Below, one piece after another: positions 11,074-20,717 of a stretch of 64,000 nucleotides of DNA (position 1 is its first letter; every line of letters begins with the position of its first letter). Source of the DNA: Promethearchaeota archaeon Loki_b32 (GTDB lineage: Archaea; Asgardarchaeota; Lokiarchaeia; Sigyniarchaeales; SOKP01); assembly GCA_005223125.1 (NCBI GenBank), contig NJBH01000002.1, positions 160,001-224,000 of the forward strand, read 5' to 3'. The notes beneath the pieces are model-generated. The model did no database searches. It worked only from the letters and a program-made list of their open reading frames with translations, and was not told the DNA's origin. The position numbers and the translations under genes are program-made.

Positions 11074-11314
11074 TTTTTTTCATTCGATTTTGAATTTTTT
11101 TTAAGATTCATTCACATTATTATGAACATCTCTATAATAGCAGAGAGATATCTACATATATATTAAAAACATATGATCAGATCTTTTTTGAAACTAAGTG
11201 ATATCTAGGTAATATCTTCAAGAATTTGACATTTTTTTTAAAATTTGAGAAATAATGATAATATTAATAATTAAGATAGAATAATAGAATTAAAGACAGT
11301 TAAGGAGTTTTTAG

Positions 11315-12433
11315 ATGAAATTAGAGGATATGAAAATTTATAGAAAATTGCAAGAACATCTTGATAAATTACCAATTGGGTTTCCTCCTACAAAATCTGG
11401 AGTCGAATTAAAATTATTACAATATCTTTTTACACCCAAAGAAGCAAAAGTTGCTACTAAACTAAGTTTCACTTATGAAACCTTAAGTACTATTTATGAA
11501 CGAATAGACGATCCTCATATGTTAATTGAAGAATTAGAAGAAATTTTAGAAAATAGTATAAAAAAGGGGAGTATTCATTATAAAAGAAAAGGAGAAGAGA
11601 AACTTTATGCTAATGCAATGTTAATCATAGGTATATTTGAGTATCAAGTTAATAGGCTTACAATGGAGTTTATGGATTTAATGAAACAATATGGACAGGA
11701 AATGTTTGATGCTGAGTTATTTCGCACTAAAATATCCCAAACTCGTGTTGTACCAGTGGAGAAAAGTATATCTCATGAAAATTTTGTAGCACCTTATAAT
11801 GACGTAAGGAGATTAATTCAAGATGCAGAGAATCCTATTGCTGTCACTAATTGTGTATGTCGCCAAAAACAGGATGTTCGAAGAGAAAGGGATCCATGTA
11901 AACTTACAAATAGGTATGAGACTTGTATTGGATTTGGGCATAGTGCGCAATTGTATATCGACCAAGGGTGGGCTCGTGAAATAACGAAAGAAGAAGCCCT
12001 GAATATTTTAGATAAAAATGAAGAAACGGGCTTAGTACTCCAGTTTGGTAATGCTCAACGTCCTGGCTTTATATGCAGTTGCTGTGGATGCTGTTGTGGA
12101 TTATTGAGAGATTTTAAAAAAATAAACAATCCAGCAAGACTTATGAAAACTAATTATTATGTTGAGATTGACTCTGATTTATGTGTTGGTTGTGGAATAT
12201 GTGTAGATCGATGTCAAATGGGCGCTTTAACTCTCATTGATAATATCTCAACTGTTAATCGAAAAAAATGCTTAGGGTGCGGTCTCTGCGTTGTAACTTG
12301 TTCTGCAGAAGCAATTGAATTAAAGAATAAGAAAAAAGAAATAAATCCTCCAGAATCAACTGATGATTTAAATGCTATGATTCTAAATAAAAAAAAAGAA
12401 TTAATAGAGAAATACAACAAATCAAAAAGGTAG
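11315..12433 (+). CDS. 4Fe-4S dicluster domain protein (CxCR...CxCCxCCC + 2x CxxCxxCxxxC)
   Basis: CVCR, ICSCCGCCCG, CVGCGICVDRC, CLGCGLCVVTC; GGAG SD upstream. Confidence 0.9.
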   Translation: MKLEDMKIYRKLQEHLDKLPIGFPPTKSGVELKLLQYLFTPKEAKVATKLSFTYETLSTIYERIDDPHMLIEELEEILENSIKKGSIHYKRKGEEKLYANAMLIIGIFEYQVNRLTMEFMDLMKQYGQEMFDAELFRTKISQTRVVPVEKSISHENFVAPYNDVRRLIQDAENPIAVTNCVCRQKQDVRRERDPCKLTNRYETCIGFGHSAQLYIDQGWAREITKEEALNILDKNEETGLVLQFGNAQRPGFICSCCGCCCGLLRDFKKINNPARLMKTNYYVEIDSDLCVGCGICVDRCQMGALTLIDNISTVNRKKCLGCGLCVVTCSAEAIELKNKKKEINPPESTDDLNAMILNKKKELIEKYNKSKR

Positions 12434-12445
12434 ATTGAAGAAAAA

Positions 12446-12973
12446 TTAGAGCACTGTAAGTAGGCTATCAATATCAAGCCAACCTTTTAAAGCGTGAATT
12501 ATTTTTCTTTGTTCATCTACAACGAATTGTCCCGGTCCTTGCTTTTCCCAACCTTCATATTCTCCATGTTCAATACCTAATTTCGTCGCTTCTTTCAATT
12601 TAGATCTCACTTTAGTGAACGCTCCAGCAGTCATCAATCCAAGTCCATATTCCTTATATAATTCATCTTTAGAACTTGGAATAACAGGAAAATCAATATT
12701 TTCTTTTTGAATATATTCATGTGCTACTTTTTCACCTGATTGAGTAATGTATAAGATCTTTGCTCCCTTGTCTTCAATCTCCGACTTTCGCTTCATTAAA
12801 ATGGAGAGATCCAACAAACATATAGGGCATCCAAAGTATCTTGAAAATATTAAAACAACTTTCTGTCCTTTAAATTCTGCTAAATCGACTGAACCGGTAT
12901 TGTAAGAATCCAATTTAAATAAAGGGGCTTCATCTCCTTCTTTTAAGTCATTCTTTCCCATAATTTCCCACAT
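12446..12973 (-). CDS. peroxiredoxin-like AhpC/TSA protein
   Basis: 'GDEAPLFKL', 'FSRYFGCPIC', 'FPVI', 'LYKEYGL', 'PGQFVVD'. The true start may be the second ATG (MGKND). Confidence 0.85.
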   Translation of the reverse strand: MWEIMGKNDLKEGDEAPLFKLDSYNTGSVDLAEFKGQKVVLIFSRYFGCPICLLDLSILMKRKSEIEDKGAKILYITQSGEKVAHEYIQKENIDFPVIPSSKDELYKEYGLGLMTAGAFTKVRSKLKEATKLGIEHGEYEGWEKQGPGQFVVDEQRKIIHALKGWLDIDSLLTVL

Positions 12974-13166
12974 CTCTTAATTTATATATATATTTCAAAT
13001 TATTGGTTTCATAAAAGATTTATAATAAAATTTAGAGCGATAAAATTTCTTAATTAATTATAATCAATTAATTTTAATAATGTAAGCTCAATAAATAACA
13101 TAAGAAGAAATTACAATATAATCAAAATTACAATTTAAATTAAAATCGATATAATTGGTGAAAATT

Positions 13167-13958
13167 ATGGTAAAAAAGGAATATGTTTGTGAGAAAGGTA
13201 AGAAATCCAGTATTATTATTGATGATTTGACAGTTGAAATTAAAGAAGGAGCAACCTTCGTTTTAGGTTTTGCCGGAATTGGCCTAATAGGTCCTATTGT
13301 TGCTAATACACTTATTGAACAACTTACAGATATAAAAGAAATAGGTTTTATTACTTCAGAGTATCTCCCCCCTATCTCAGTCTTTTATGCAGGTGTTTTA
13401 AAGCATCCCTTCAGATTGCTTTATTCTCTAAAAAATAACTTGATTGTTGGTATTTGTGAGGTACCATTTCAGATTCCAAATGCTTACAACGACCTAAGTA
13501 AAACAATTTGTAATTGGGCTTTATCTGAGGATGTTAAAGCAAAAGAAATCGTGATTTTTCAAGGAATCCCCCAGAGAGGTATAATTGATGAATATCCAGT
13601 TTATTATGCTGCTGAAGAAGTGATGATGGACCATCTTGAAAAATTCGGGATTACAAAAGTTGAGAAAGGGATCATCGTGGGTCCTGAAGCGACCGTTTTA
13701 AATGAAGCACTAACTAATAAATTACATGCTTATGCATTATTTACTCCTGTATTAGAAATCCCTACTCCAGAAGGGGCTGCCAGTATTTTAGAAGTACTAA
13801 ATAAAATGTATGAATTAACAATTGACACAGCATCTCTTATCGAACAAGGAAAGGAAATTAAGTCTAAAATGCTAGAATTAGCCCAGAAAGCTCAACAATA
13901 TCAAAAACAACAACAATTACCCGGAACTGGCAAAGAATACACAGGCTATTTCCAATAG
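13167..13958 (+). CDS. PAC2-family proteasome assembly chaperone (PbaA/PbaB-like)
   Basis: 'GFAGIGLIGPIVAN.LIEQL', 'PFRL', 'PTPEGAA'; GGTGA precedes the ATG at 13167. Confidence 0.88.
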   Translation: MVKKEYVCEKGKKSSIIIDDLTVEIKEGATFVLGFAGIGLIGPIVANTLIEQLTDIKEIGFITSEYLPPISVFYAGVLKHPFRLLYSLKNNLIVGICEVPFQIPNAYNDLSKTICNWALSEDVKAKEIVIFQGIPQRGIIDEYPVYYAAEEVMMDHLEKFGITKVEKGIIVGPEATVLNEALTNKLHAYALFTPVLEIPTPEGAASILEVLNKMYELTIDTASLIEQGKEIKSKMLELAQKAQQYQKQQQLPGTGKEYTGYFQ

Positions 13959-14159
13959 AATAGATAATTATTGTATTTATTTTTAAATTCTCTAACTACT
14001 TTTTTATTAATTTTTATACTAGTATAAAAGAAACAATTAAATCTCACTCGTCTATAAAAATTGATAATCTATTAAAATTACATTTATAATTCACCTTTAT
14101 TTAGATAAATTGAATCAAAATATAGCAAAGGATAATAATTGTATCTGAGGTAATTTACA

Positions 14160-14600
14160 ATTAAAGAAAAATTTGTACCTGTTCAAATTAATCAAGAATT
14201 ATGTCTAAGATGTGAGCGATGTCTTCGAGCATGTAAAGCTAAAGCAATATATTTCGAACATGGAATTAGAAAAGTTGATTACACTAAATGTAAAGCTTGT
14301 TTAAGTTGCGTTCAAGTATGTCCAAGGAATGCAATAGAGGTAACTTCTATAACAAGTCCAGATCAAATTATTAGTATCAAAATAGATCATGAGAAATGTA
14401 ATATGTGCGAGCAGTGTCTAGATGAGAATGGAAAATTCTCTCCTAAAAATCTTTTTTATAAAGATATCGTGAAAAAAGTAGGAAGAGAGGAAGAAGGAAT
14501 CAGGTATAAGTTTAGGGAAATTGTAAAATGTCAAGGATGCTTAAAGTGTGAATTATCTTGTCCAGAAGGAGCTATTAAGCCCGTGAAACTTGAAAATTAA
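14160..14600 (+). CDS. polyferredoxin with four 4Fe-4S motifs; probable ATT start
   Basis: The frame is open from the stop at 14151-14153 and contains CLRCERCLRAC, CKACLSCVQVCP, CNMCEQC and CQGCLKCELSCP. The track's ATG (14403) lies inside the third motif. Confidence 0.85.
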   Translation: MKEKFVPVQINQELCLRCERCLRACKAKAIYFEHGIRKVDYTKCKACLSCVQVCPRNAIEVTSITSPDQIISIKIDHEKCNMCEQCLDENGKFSPKNLFYKDIVKKVGREEEGIRYKFREIVKCQGCLKCELSCPEGAIKPVKLEN

Positions 14601-14615
14601 ATCCATAATGGAAAT

Positions 14616-15167
14616 TTAGCTTTTCTCTTTAATTTTTTGTAATATAAGTTGCTTAATCTCAGAAAATTTTGAAATTACAACAATCCCTTCCATTTGTTTT
14701 AATTTTTTAATATTTTCAAGCTCAATATCTCTTATCTTTAAAACTAAGGTGGAGCCATTGGGCCGAGAAGTTACAATAGGCTCAGTATCTTGATCAGATG
14801 GAAAAATATAGACTGTCTGCCCACCTTTAATGGCTTGAGCTACACAATTTGTTATTAAAGTGTCAGCAATACCACAAACAATTTTAGCTACACTATTAGC
14901 AGAAACAGGACAGGCTAAAAACAGATCGTAATTTCCAAGTTGTAGAGGTCCTGCATAAAATGGAATATTAGGAGTTTTTTCTACTTTGACCTTTTTAACG
15001 GTTTCAGTCAATAGGAGCCATTTCTTATACCATTTAACAACTGCAGCGCCCTCTTTAGATAAAATTACAGTTATATCGATGTCATAATTATCTTGTAATT
15101 CTTTCATTAAATCAATTGATTCTCGCATTAAATACCCAGTTCCTGTTATACCCCAAATAAGTTTCAT
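14616..15167 (-). CDS. archaeal flavoprotein (AfpA / dihydromethanopterin reductase-like, HFCD flavoprotein family)
   Basis: 'WGITGTG', 'PVSANSVAKIVCGIADTLITN.VAQA.K', 'PSD'; GGTGA before MKLIWG. Confidence 0.85.
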   Translation of the reverse strand: MKLIWGITGTGYLMRESIDLMKELQDNYDIDITVILSKEGAAVVKWYKKWLLLTETVKKVKVEKTPNIPFYAGPLQLGNYDLFLACPVSANSVAKIVCGIADTLITNCVAQAIKGGQTVYIFPSDQDTEPIVTSRPNGSTLVLKIRDIELENIKKLKQMEGIVVISKFSEIKQLILQKIKEKS

Positions 15168-15177
15168 ATCCTTCTGA

Positions 15178-15690
15178 TCACCGTTCTTCTTCATATAATC
15201 TTGGCAAAAATTCAGTAAAATATCCTATTTCTTCGATATTATGCTTTTTCAAATCTTCAATGAATGAATTTGGGACTTGAGCAGGTAAACGAAATGTTGA
15301 TCGTAAGAAGGTTCCATTAGGAATTGATTGATATTCATGTAAAATCCAACTAATAGGGTTATCTTTATTATTTAAAACACTTGCTGCATTTTTATGGTTA
15401 AACTCAGCCTTTATAGGTATTGAGTCAGGATTTTCCCATCGAATTCTTAATGTTGTTGGTCTTCCTTCGATTATTTCAACAACACGATGTATTGCTCCCA
15501 TATGGCCCTTCGCACTTTCAGGAGAGACTTCCCATTCAAATGATTTATGGTCTTTAGGATGCCATAATCTATAGCGTTCTGAATTATCAATATGATCCCA
15601 CCACCAATCAATCATTTCAGGAGAAACTCTAGAGAGTTCATGTTCTACGATTAGATCAATAGTTTCATTATTTGATTTTTTTTTATTCAT
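15178..15690 (-). CDS. DAPG-hydrolase (PhlG)-like / START-fold protein
   Basis: 'PEMIDWWW', 'RYRLWHPKDH', 'LRSTF', 'HNIEE...FLPRLY'. Confidence 0.75.
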   Translation of the reverse strand: MNKKKSNNETIDLIVEHELSRVSPEMIDWWWDHIDNSERYRLWHPKDHKSFEWEVSPESAKGHMGAIHRVVEIIEGRPTTLRIRWENPDSIPIKAEFNHKNAASVLNNKDNPISWILHEYQSIPNGTFLRSTFRLPAQVPNSFIEDLKKHNIEEIGYFTEFLPRLYEEER

Positions 15691-15843
15691 TTTTATTATT
15701 CGATTAGCGATTTTAGAAGTTAAAATTATTCCTAATTTATGAAAAATTAGCCTTATTTATAAAATCTAATGAAAAGAATTAATAATTTAAGCATGATAAT
15801 TATTTAATTAGGATATTCTAATATTATAATTTTTAGATTTAAT

Positions 15844-17067
15844 ATGAATGATTCGAAATATATTTACCTTGATAATGCTGCAACAACTCCAATGGACCCC
15901 CGAGTTATAGAGGAGGTAAATAAACATTTTAAAGAAACCTATGGAAATACCTCAAGCCTACACTCAGTGGGACAAAAAGCGGGGCAAGTATTGTTGAAAT
16001 CTCGTGAAATAATTGCTTCATTAATCAATGCTCATAGAGATGATATTTTCTTTACCTCTTCAGGAACAGAAGCGGATAATATGGCGATTTTTGGAGTTGT
16101 TTCAAGAAATAAAAAAAGAGGAAATCATATAATTACAACTTCAATTGAGCACCATGCAGTAGAAAACCCATATAAAGAATCAGAGAAAACTGGAATTGAA
16201 GTTACTTTTCTACCGGTCGATAAATATGGTTTAATTGAAATTAAAGACTTAGAGAATGCCATTACTGACAAAACCATATTAATTAGTATTATGTTTGCCA
16301 ATAATGAAATTGGGACAATTGAGCCAATAAAAGAGATTGGAGCTATTGCGAAAAAACATGATATTATTTTTCACACCGATGCAGTTCAAGCTTTCGGAAA
16401 AGTTCCAATTGATGTAAATGAAATGAATATTGATCTGTTATCCGCTTCAGCTCATAAACTTTATGGCCCAAAAGGAGTAGGGATGCTATATATTCGCAAT
16501 AAAGGTGTAAGAGAAGGATGGGGTAAATTTATGGACCCTCTTATGTATGGTGGTGGTCATGAAAGAGATATGAGACCAAGTACGGTAAATGTTCCCGGAA
16601 TAGCGGGTTTTGCAAAAGCAGTAGAACTTGCTAAAGAAGAAATGGAAGAGGAATCTCTAAGACATATAAAATTAAGAGACAAAATTATAAAATGGGTAAC
16701 AGAAAACATTGAAGATACATATTTGAATGGACATCCTACTCAAAGACTCCCAAATAACGTAAACCTCGGATTTAAATATATTGAAGGTGAATCAATTGTA
16801 TTAGATTTAGATATGGAAGGAATAGCTACTTCAACGGGATCGGCTTGTTCTTCAAAAACCCTAGATCCTTCACATGTACTATTAGCAATCGGATTAAAAC
16901 CAGAAGAAGCGCATGGTTCATTGAGAGTTTCTTTAGGAAGATTTACAACTGATGAAGATATTGATTATTTCCTTGAAAAATTGCCCCCAATAATAGAGAG
17001 ACTTAGAAAAATGTCACCTCTTAAAAAGGGTGTAAAGTATATGTTTAATAATAAGGAACATAAATAA
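15844..17067 (+). CDS. iscS: cysteine desulfurase (IscS/NifS type)
   Basis: 'YLDNAATT', 'NNEIG', 'HTDAVQ', 'SAHKLYGPKG', catalytic 'STGSACSS'. Confidence 0.96.
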   Translation: MNDSKYIYLDNAATTPMDPRVIEEVNKHFKETYGNTSSLHSVGQKAGQVLLKSREIIASLINAHRDDIFFTSSGTEADNMAIFGVVSRNKKRGNHIITTSIEHHAVENPYKESEKTGIEVTFLPVDKYGLIEIKDLENAITDKTILISIMFANNEIGTIEPIKEIGAIAKKHDIIFHTDAVQAFGKVPIDVNEMNIDLLSASAHKLYGPKGVGMLYIRNKGVREGWGKFMDPLMYGGGHERDMRPSTVNVPGIAGFAKAVELAKEEMEEESLRHIKLRDKIIKWVTENIEDTYLNGHPTQRLPNNVNLGFKYIEGESIVLDLDMEGIATSTGSACSSKTLDPSHVLLAIGLKPEEAHGSLRVSLGRFTTDEDIDYFLEKLPPIIERLRKMSPLKKGVKYMFNNKEHK

Positions 17068-17248
17068 CATCCTCATTAAGATTCATTTATTTGCTTAAGA
17101 GGAATTATCCCCGGTTTATTTTGATTCGTATTTCCTAATCCAAAATATAATTTTGTTATAAGTTTAATATAAGAAATTAATTTTTATTTTTTATATCAAA
17201 CACAATTATTAATAATTTTTAATTTATGTAAAAGGTTAGATTTTACTT

Positions 17249-17911
17249 ATGGACGATCAAAAAAAGCTCGCAATTGTAATATTAATAGGCGGAAAAAACA
17301 TCCGCTTTGGAAACGAATCTGCTGCTGTTTTAGATGTACTCGGAAAACCGCTAATTTTACACCAAATAGAAACGCTTTCTAAATTTGACGAAGATGTTTT
17401 TTTGGTTGCTAACTCAGAATATCAGATTAATTCCTATTATAGGGAGATTAATTTTCCAAGAGACATTAACTTCATCGTTGATGATACAGAAATTATCGGG
17501 GAATCTGATGTAAGAACTCCAATGTTAGGTATATATTCTGGTTTCAAAGAACTAAATATTTTAGGTTTTGAAAAGGGCTTTCTATTATCGGGCGATATGC
17601 CTTTAATCAAACCTGAAGTGATCGAATTATTGATTAAAGAAGTCGAAGGATACGATTGTTGTATTCCAAGATGGAATAATGGATTTTTGGAGCCATTATT
17701 CGCTATCTATCCTGTTGAAAAAACGTATGAACTTGCGAAAAAAACAATTCAAGAAAAAAATTATTCTTTAAATAGTATAATCGATAAAACTTGGAACATA
17801 AATTACATATCAGTTGAAGAATCGATAAAACCGTTAGATCAAAATTTAATCGGCTTAATAAACATAAACGGACCAATCGATCTTGAGAAAGTAATCAAAT
17901 TATACCAGTAA
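17249..17911 (+). CDS. mobA: molybdenum cofactor guanylyltransferase-like protein
   Basis: 'ILIGGKNIRFG', 'P.LGIYSG', 'GDMP', 'EPLFAIY', 'NINGP.DL'. Confidence 0.8.
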   Translation: MDDQKKLAIVILIGGKNIRFGNESAAVLDVLGKPLILHQIETLSKFDEDVFLVANSEYQINSYYREINFPRDINFIVDDTEIIGESDVRTPMLGIYSGFKELNILGFEKGFLLSGDMPLIKPEVIELLIKEVEGYDCCIPRWNNGFLEPLFAIYPVEKTYELAKKTIQEKNYSLNSIIDKTWNINYISVEESIKPLDQNLIGLININGPIDLEKVIKLYQ

Positions 17912-18002
17912 CTTTAATTTTTTCTTATTATCATTCTCTATTTTTTTTGCATCTTAATTTTTCTCAATAAACCTTATACTCTAAAAAAAATTGTTTAACT
18001 TA

Positions 18003-20306
18003 ATGGATAAAGAGGAATTTAAATTTTCAGATAAAAAAATTCCAATTGAAAGAAAAGATGAAATAGATTCTTCCTACAAAATTAAATCTTATAACTTGAA
18101 ACTAAAATTTATGGAAGAAAGGAAAATTCCTCAAAGAGAAATTAAAGATCTGCTTAATCATTTTTTTAATACTACTAAAGTTATCTCAAGAAAAACTAAA
18201 AACTCAATATCTAAAATAATTTACTCTCAAAAAGATAGAATCTTAATTGTGATTACTCCTTTGGGTAAAGATATTATTGTTAATCGAGATAGATTAAGTA
18301 GAGATTATGGATGGTTCTTTTTCATAGAAAAACCTAAAAAAAAGGAAAAAGATTTAAAAAAGAAGAAACCAAAAAAAAAAGAAGAAAGGAAAGAAGAGAA
18401 AACATTAAGTACGGAAGACTTTCCTTTTGATGATTCAATTGTTCCGTTAAAAGAAAAAATAAATATGCGTTCGTTATATCGTACAAAAGAATATGATCAT
18501 TACTTGAAATTGATTAAATCTGGAGATATATCTCAATTACCTGTGAAAGATGTCCTAAATGACTTATTCTTTAAAGATGAGACCATTCCCCTTGAAGAAA
18601 AAAAGGGAATTAGAAAAATCATATATTATCAAAAAGAAAAGGTCATTGTCATAAAGTCTCTTATAGGAGATGAACTATATGAAAATTTAGAAAGATTAGT
18701 TAAAAAGTACGGTTGGTATTTTTACATTACTGGAGTTCCAGTAGGGAAAAGTGAACTTTGTATCGCAATTGATAAAGTTGAAAAGAGATTTGAATTGGAT
18801 TACTTTAAAAATATATCTCTTGCGGAAGATTCAAATAATTCTAGTGATATAAGAGTAACAATTTATCCAATCGTCCTGAAACCTAACCATAATTGCCACA
18901 TTCTAGGTTTAGGGAATCTTAATATTTTATTGGATTGCGGACTTTCGGAGAAAGATGAAGAAAATGAAATTGAAGGAGATTTTAGGCATATTGAAGATTA
19001 TATGCTAAATTTACCGCAATATATTACCGAAGAAGAAAAAATTCGAAAAGAAATAGTTGATGAGGATTCAGATGAGGTGATCTTAGAAGAGATCCCAAAG
19101 AATCCAAAAATAGACGCTATATTTCTCAGTCATAGTCATTATGATCATGTTTCAGGACTTAAAGAACTAATTAAATTATATCCAGATACTCCACTTTTAA
19201 GTTCAAGAATAACATTAGATTTATATCTACTTAGAGATTCGAATTTCTTAAAACAAGAGACACATAATGAAATTGAAGAAGAAGAATACCAAAATATAGT
19301 TAAGAATATTATATATGTTGAAAATGGTACTAAAATCGAATTTAAAGAAAGAAATTGCTTTCTCTCATTTTTTCATGCTGGTCATATGCCTGGAGCATTG
19401 ATGTTATTGGCAAAAATAAATGATTTTAAGTTTTTATACACAGGAGATTATACTTATATCGATATAACTCCATTTGCGGGTACAAGACGATTTTTAGAAC
19501 AAATTTCTCATCCTATTGATTATTTATTGATTGATGGTACAGCCGCTCAAGAAGATTTTGGCAATATTTCTGATCAATTTCATAGCCTAATTTTATTTTT
19601 AGAACAAAAAGCAGAATATGGGGATAATTCATTAATTGGAGCGGATCCTTCAAGTTTAGCCATAAGTTTTATGTTAACTTTTTGGAGATATTTTAGAAAG
19701 CAACAATTAAGGCGTGGTTTCAAAAAACGTCCAAATATTTATGTCGATATGATGGTGAGGAGAAATATCCAAGTTATAAACCATCGCTATGAATATATCT
19801 ATGGTCCAATTTCAAGACTAATTCGTGATAAAGCAAATCCATTTAATAGCATAAAATTTAGATGGTTTGATCATACTAATTTAAACTTTTTACGCAAGAA
19901 AAATAATATAATAATTTCCCATCCACCTGACCTTTCTTACGGATTAATAAGAAATATTATTAATGTTGTTGGACGAAATCCTCATAATTTTGTTTTTTTA
20001 GCAGGATCCATCCATGATCCTCCGGGTTCAGATCTACTAGAAGGTGCTGAAGAAATAGAATTTTCTGAGACATGGAAAATGCCATTTCGGGCATTATTAC
20101 TCAATACATTTGCGCCTCACATTAAAATTAAACTCCATGCTGATAAAAATCAGTTGCTGGAAATGATAAAAAACTTGGAGCCGAAAGAAGTTTGCTTTTT
20201 CCACCAATCAGCTAGAAAATTGGTAGAAGTAGTTGAATATGTACAAGAATTGGGCGTTGATAAAGTCTCTTTACCTGTAAAAAGAAAGCTTAAAATATTG
20301 AATTAA
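18003..20306 (+). CDS. MBL/beta-CASP ribonuclease-like protein with duplicated degenerate KH-like N-terminal domains
   Basis: 'LLDCG', 'SHSHYDH', 'HAGHMPGA', 'YTGD', 'LHAD', 'FH'; two N-terminal repeats each ending 'YGW.F.I'. Confidence 0.8.
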   Translation: MDKEEFKFSDKKIPIERKDEIDSSYKIKSYNLKLKFMEERKIPQREIKDLLNHFFNTTKVISRKTKNSISKIIYSQKDRILIVITPLGKDIIVNRDRLSRDYGWFFFIEKPKKKEKDLKKKKPKKKEERKEEKTLSTEDFPFDDSIVPLKEKINMRSLYRTKEYDHYLKLIKSGDISQLPVKDVLNDLFFKDETIPLEEKKGIRKIIYYQKEKVIVIKSLIGDELYENLERLVKKYGWYFYITGVPVGKSELCIAIDKVEKRFELDYFKNISLAEDSNNSSDIRVTIYPIVLKPNHNCHILGLGNLNILLDCGLSEKDEENEIEGDFRHIEDYMLNLPQYITEEEKIRKEIVDEDSDEVILEEIPKNPKIDAIFLSHSHYDHVSGLKELIKLYPDTPLLSSRITLDLYLLRDSNFLKQETHNEIEEEEYQNIVKNIIYVENGTKIEFKERNCFLSFFHAGHMPGALMLLAKINDFKFLYTGDYTYIDITPFAGTRRFLEQISHPIDYLLIDGTAAQEDFGNISDQFHSLILFLEQKAEYGDNSLIGADPSSLAISFMLTFWRYFRKQQLRRGFKKRPNIYVDMMVRRNIQVINHRYEYIYGPISRLIRDKANPFNSIKFRWFDHTNLNFLRKKNNIIISHPPDLSYGLIRNIINVVGRNPHNFVFLAGSIHDPPGSDLLEGAEEIEFSETWKMPFRALLLNTFAPHIKIKLHADKNQLLEMIKNLEPKEVCFFHQSARKLVEVVEYVQELGVDKVSLPVKRKLKILN

Positions 20307-20332
20307 GAATTTTTAAAAAAATAAATATTAGT

Positions 20333-20698
20333 TTATTCAGTAAAATCGCCTAGATCTTTTATAGCCATAAAATCACCCAAAAATGCTTTTTTTAGGAGTT
20401 CAGAAGCTTTTTCCCATAGATTCTCTAAAATATTTTGTACATTTATCATATCTTCCTTATTTTTAAATTCAATAGTAATTTTTTGAGATTCTTCATCTAC
20501 ATTTATATCCATTTGAATGTCTTCTGTTAAACCCCCAATTACTTTAAGCATGTCTTTTACTTCACTCTCTTTACCTAATTCATCCTTTCTTTTTTTTTCT
20601 CCTTTAAAATCTAAACTAATTTTAAGTTTTATATCATCTATATTGATTGATACCTGTTCTTTTAACATATTTTTTAATCCATCTATTATATTTTCCAT
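20333..20698 (-). CDS. hypothetical protein
   Basis: GGAGGAGG SD before the ATG at 20698 (MENIIDGLK); the track's longer start overlaps the CocE gene. Confidence 0.7.
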   Translation of the reverse strand: MENIIDGLKNMLKEQVSINIDDIKLKISLDFKGEKKRKDELGKESEVKDMLKVIGGLTEDIQMDINVDEESQKITIEFKNKEDMINVQNILENLWEKASELLKKAFLGDFMAIKDLGDFTE

Positions 20699-20717
20699 AT
20701 TAAATCCTCCTCCTTCT

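Noticed and set aside
12446-12973. Possible selenoprotein (peroxiredoxin-like)
   Set aside because: The redox motif is CPIC with Cys codons; no in-frame TGA read-through is needed here or in the Fe-S genes.
4789-17911. HbYX-like C-termini on the Zn protein (GYF), vWA protein (YYL) and MobA (LYQ)
   Set aside because: A few penultimate tyrosines are expected by chance among about 60 proteins; there is no other support for proteasome docking.
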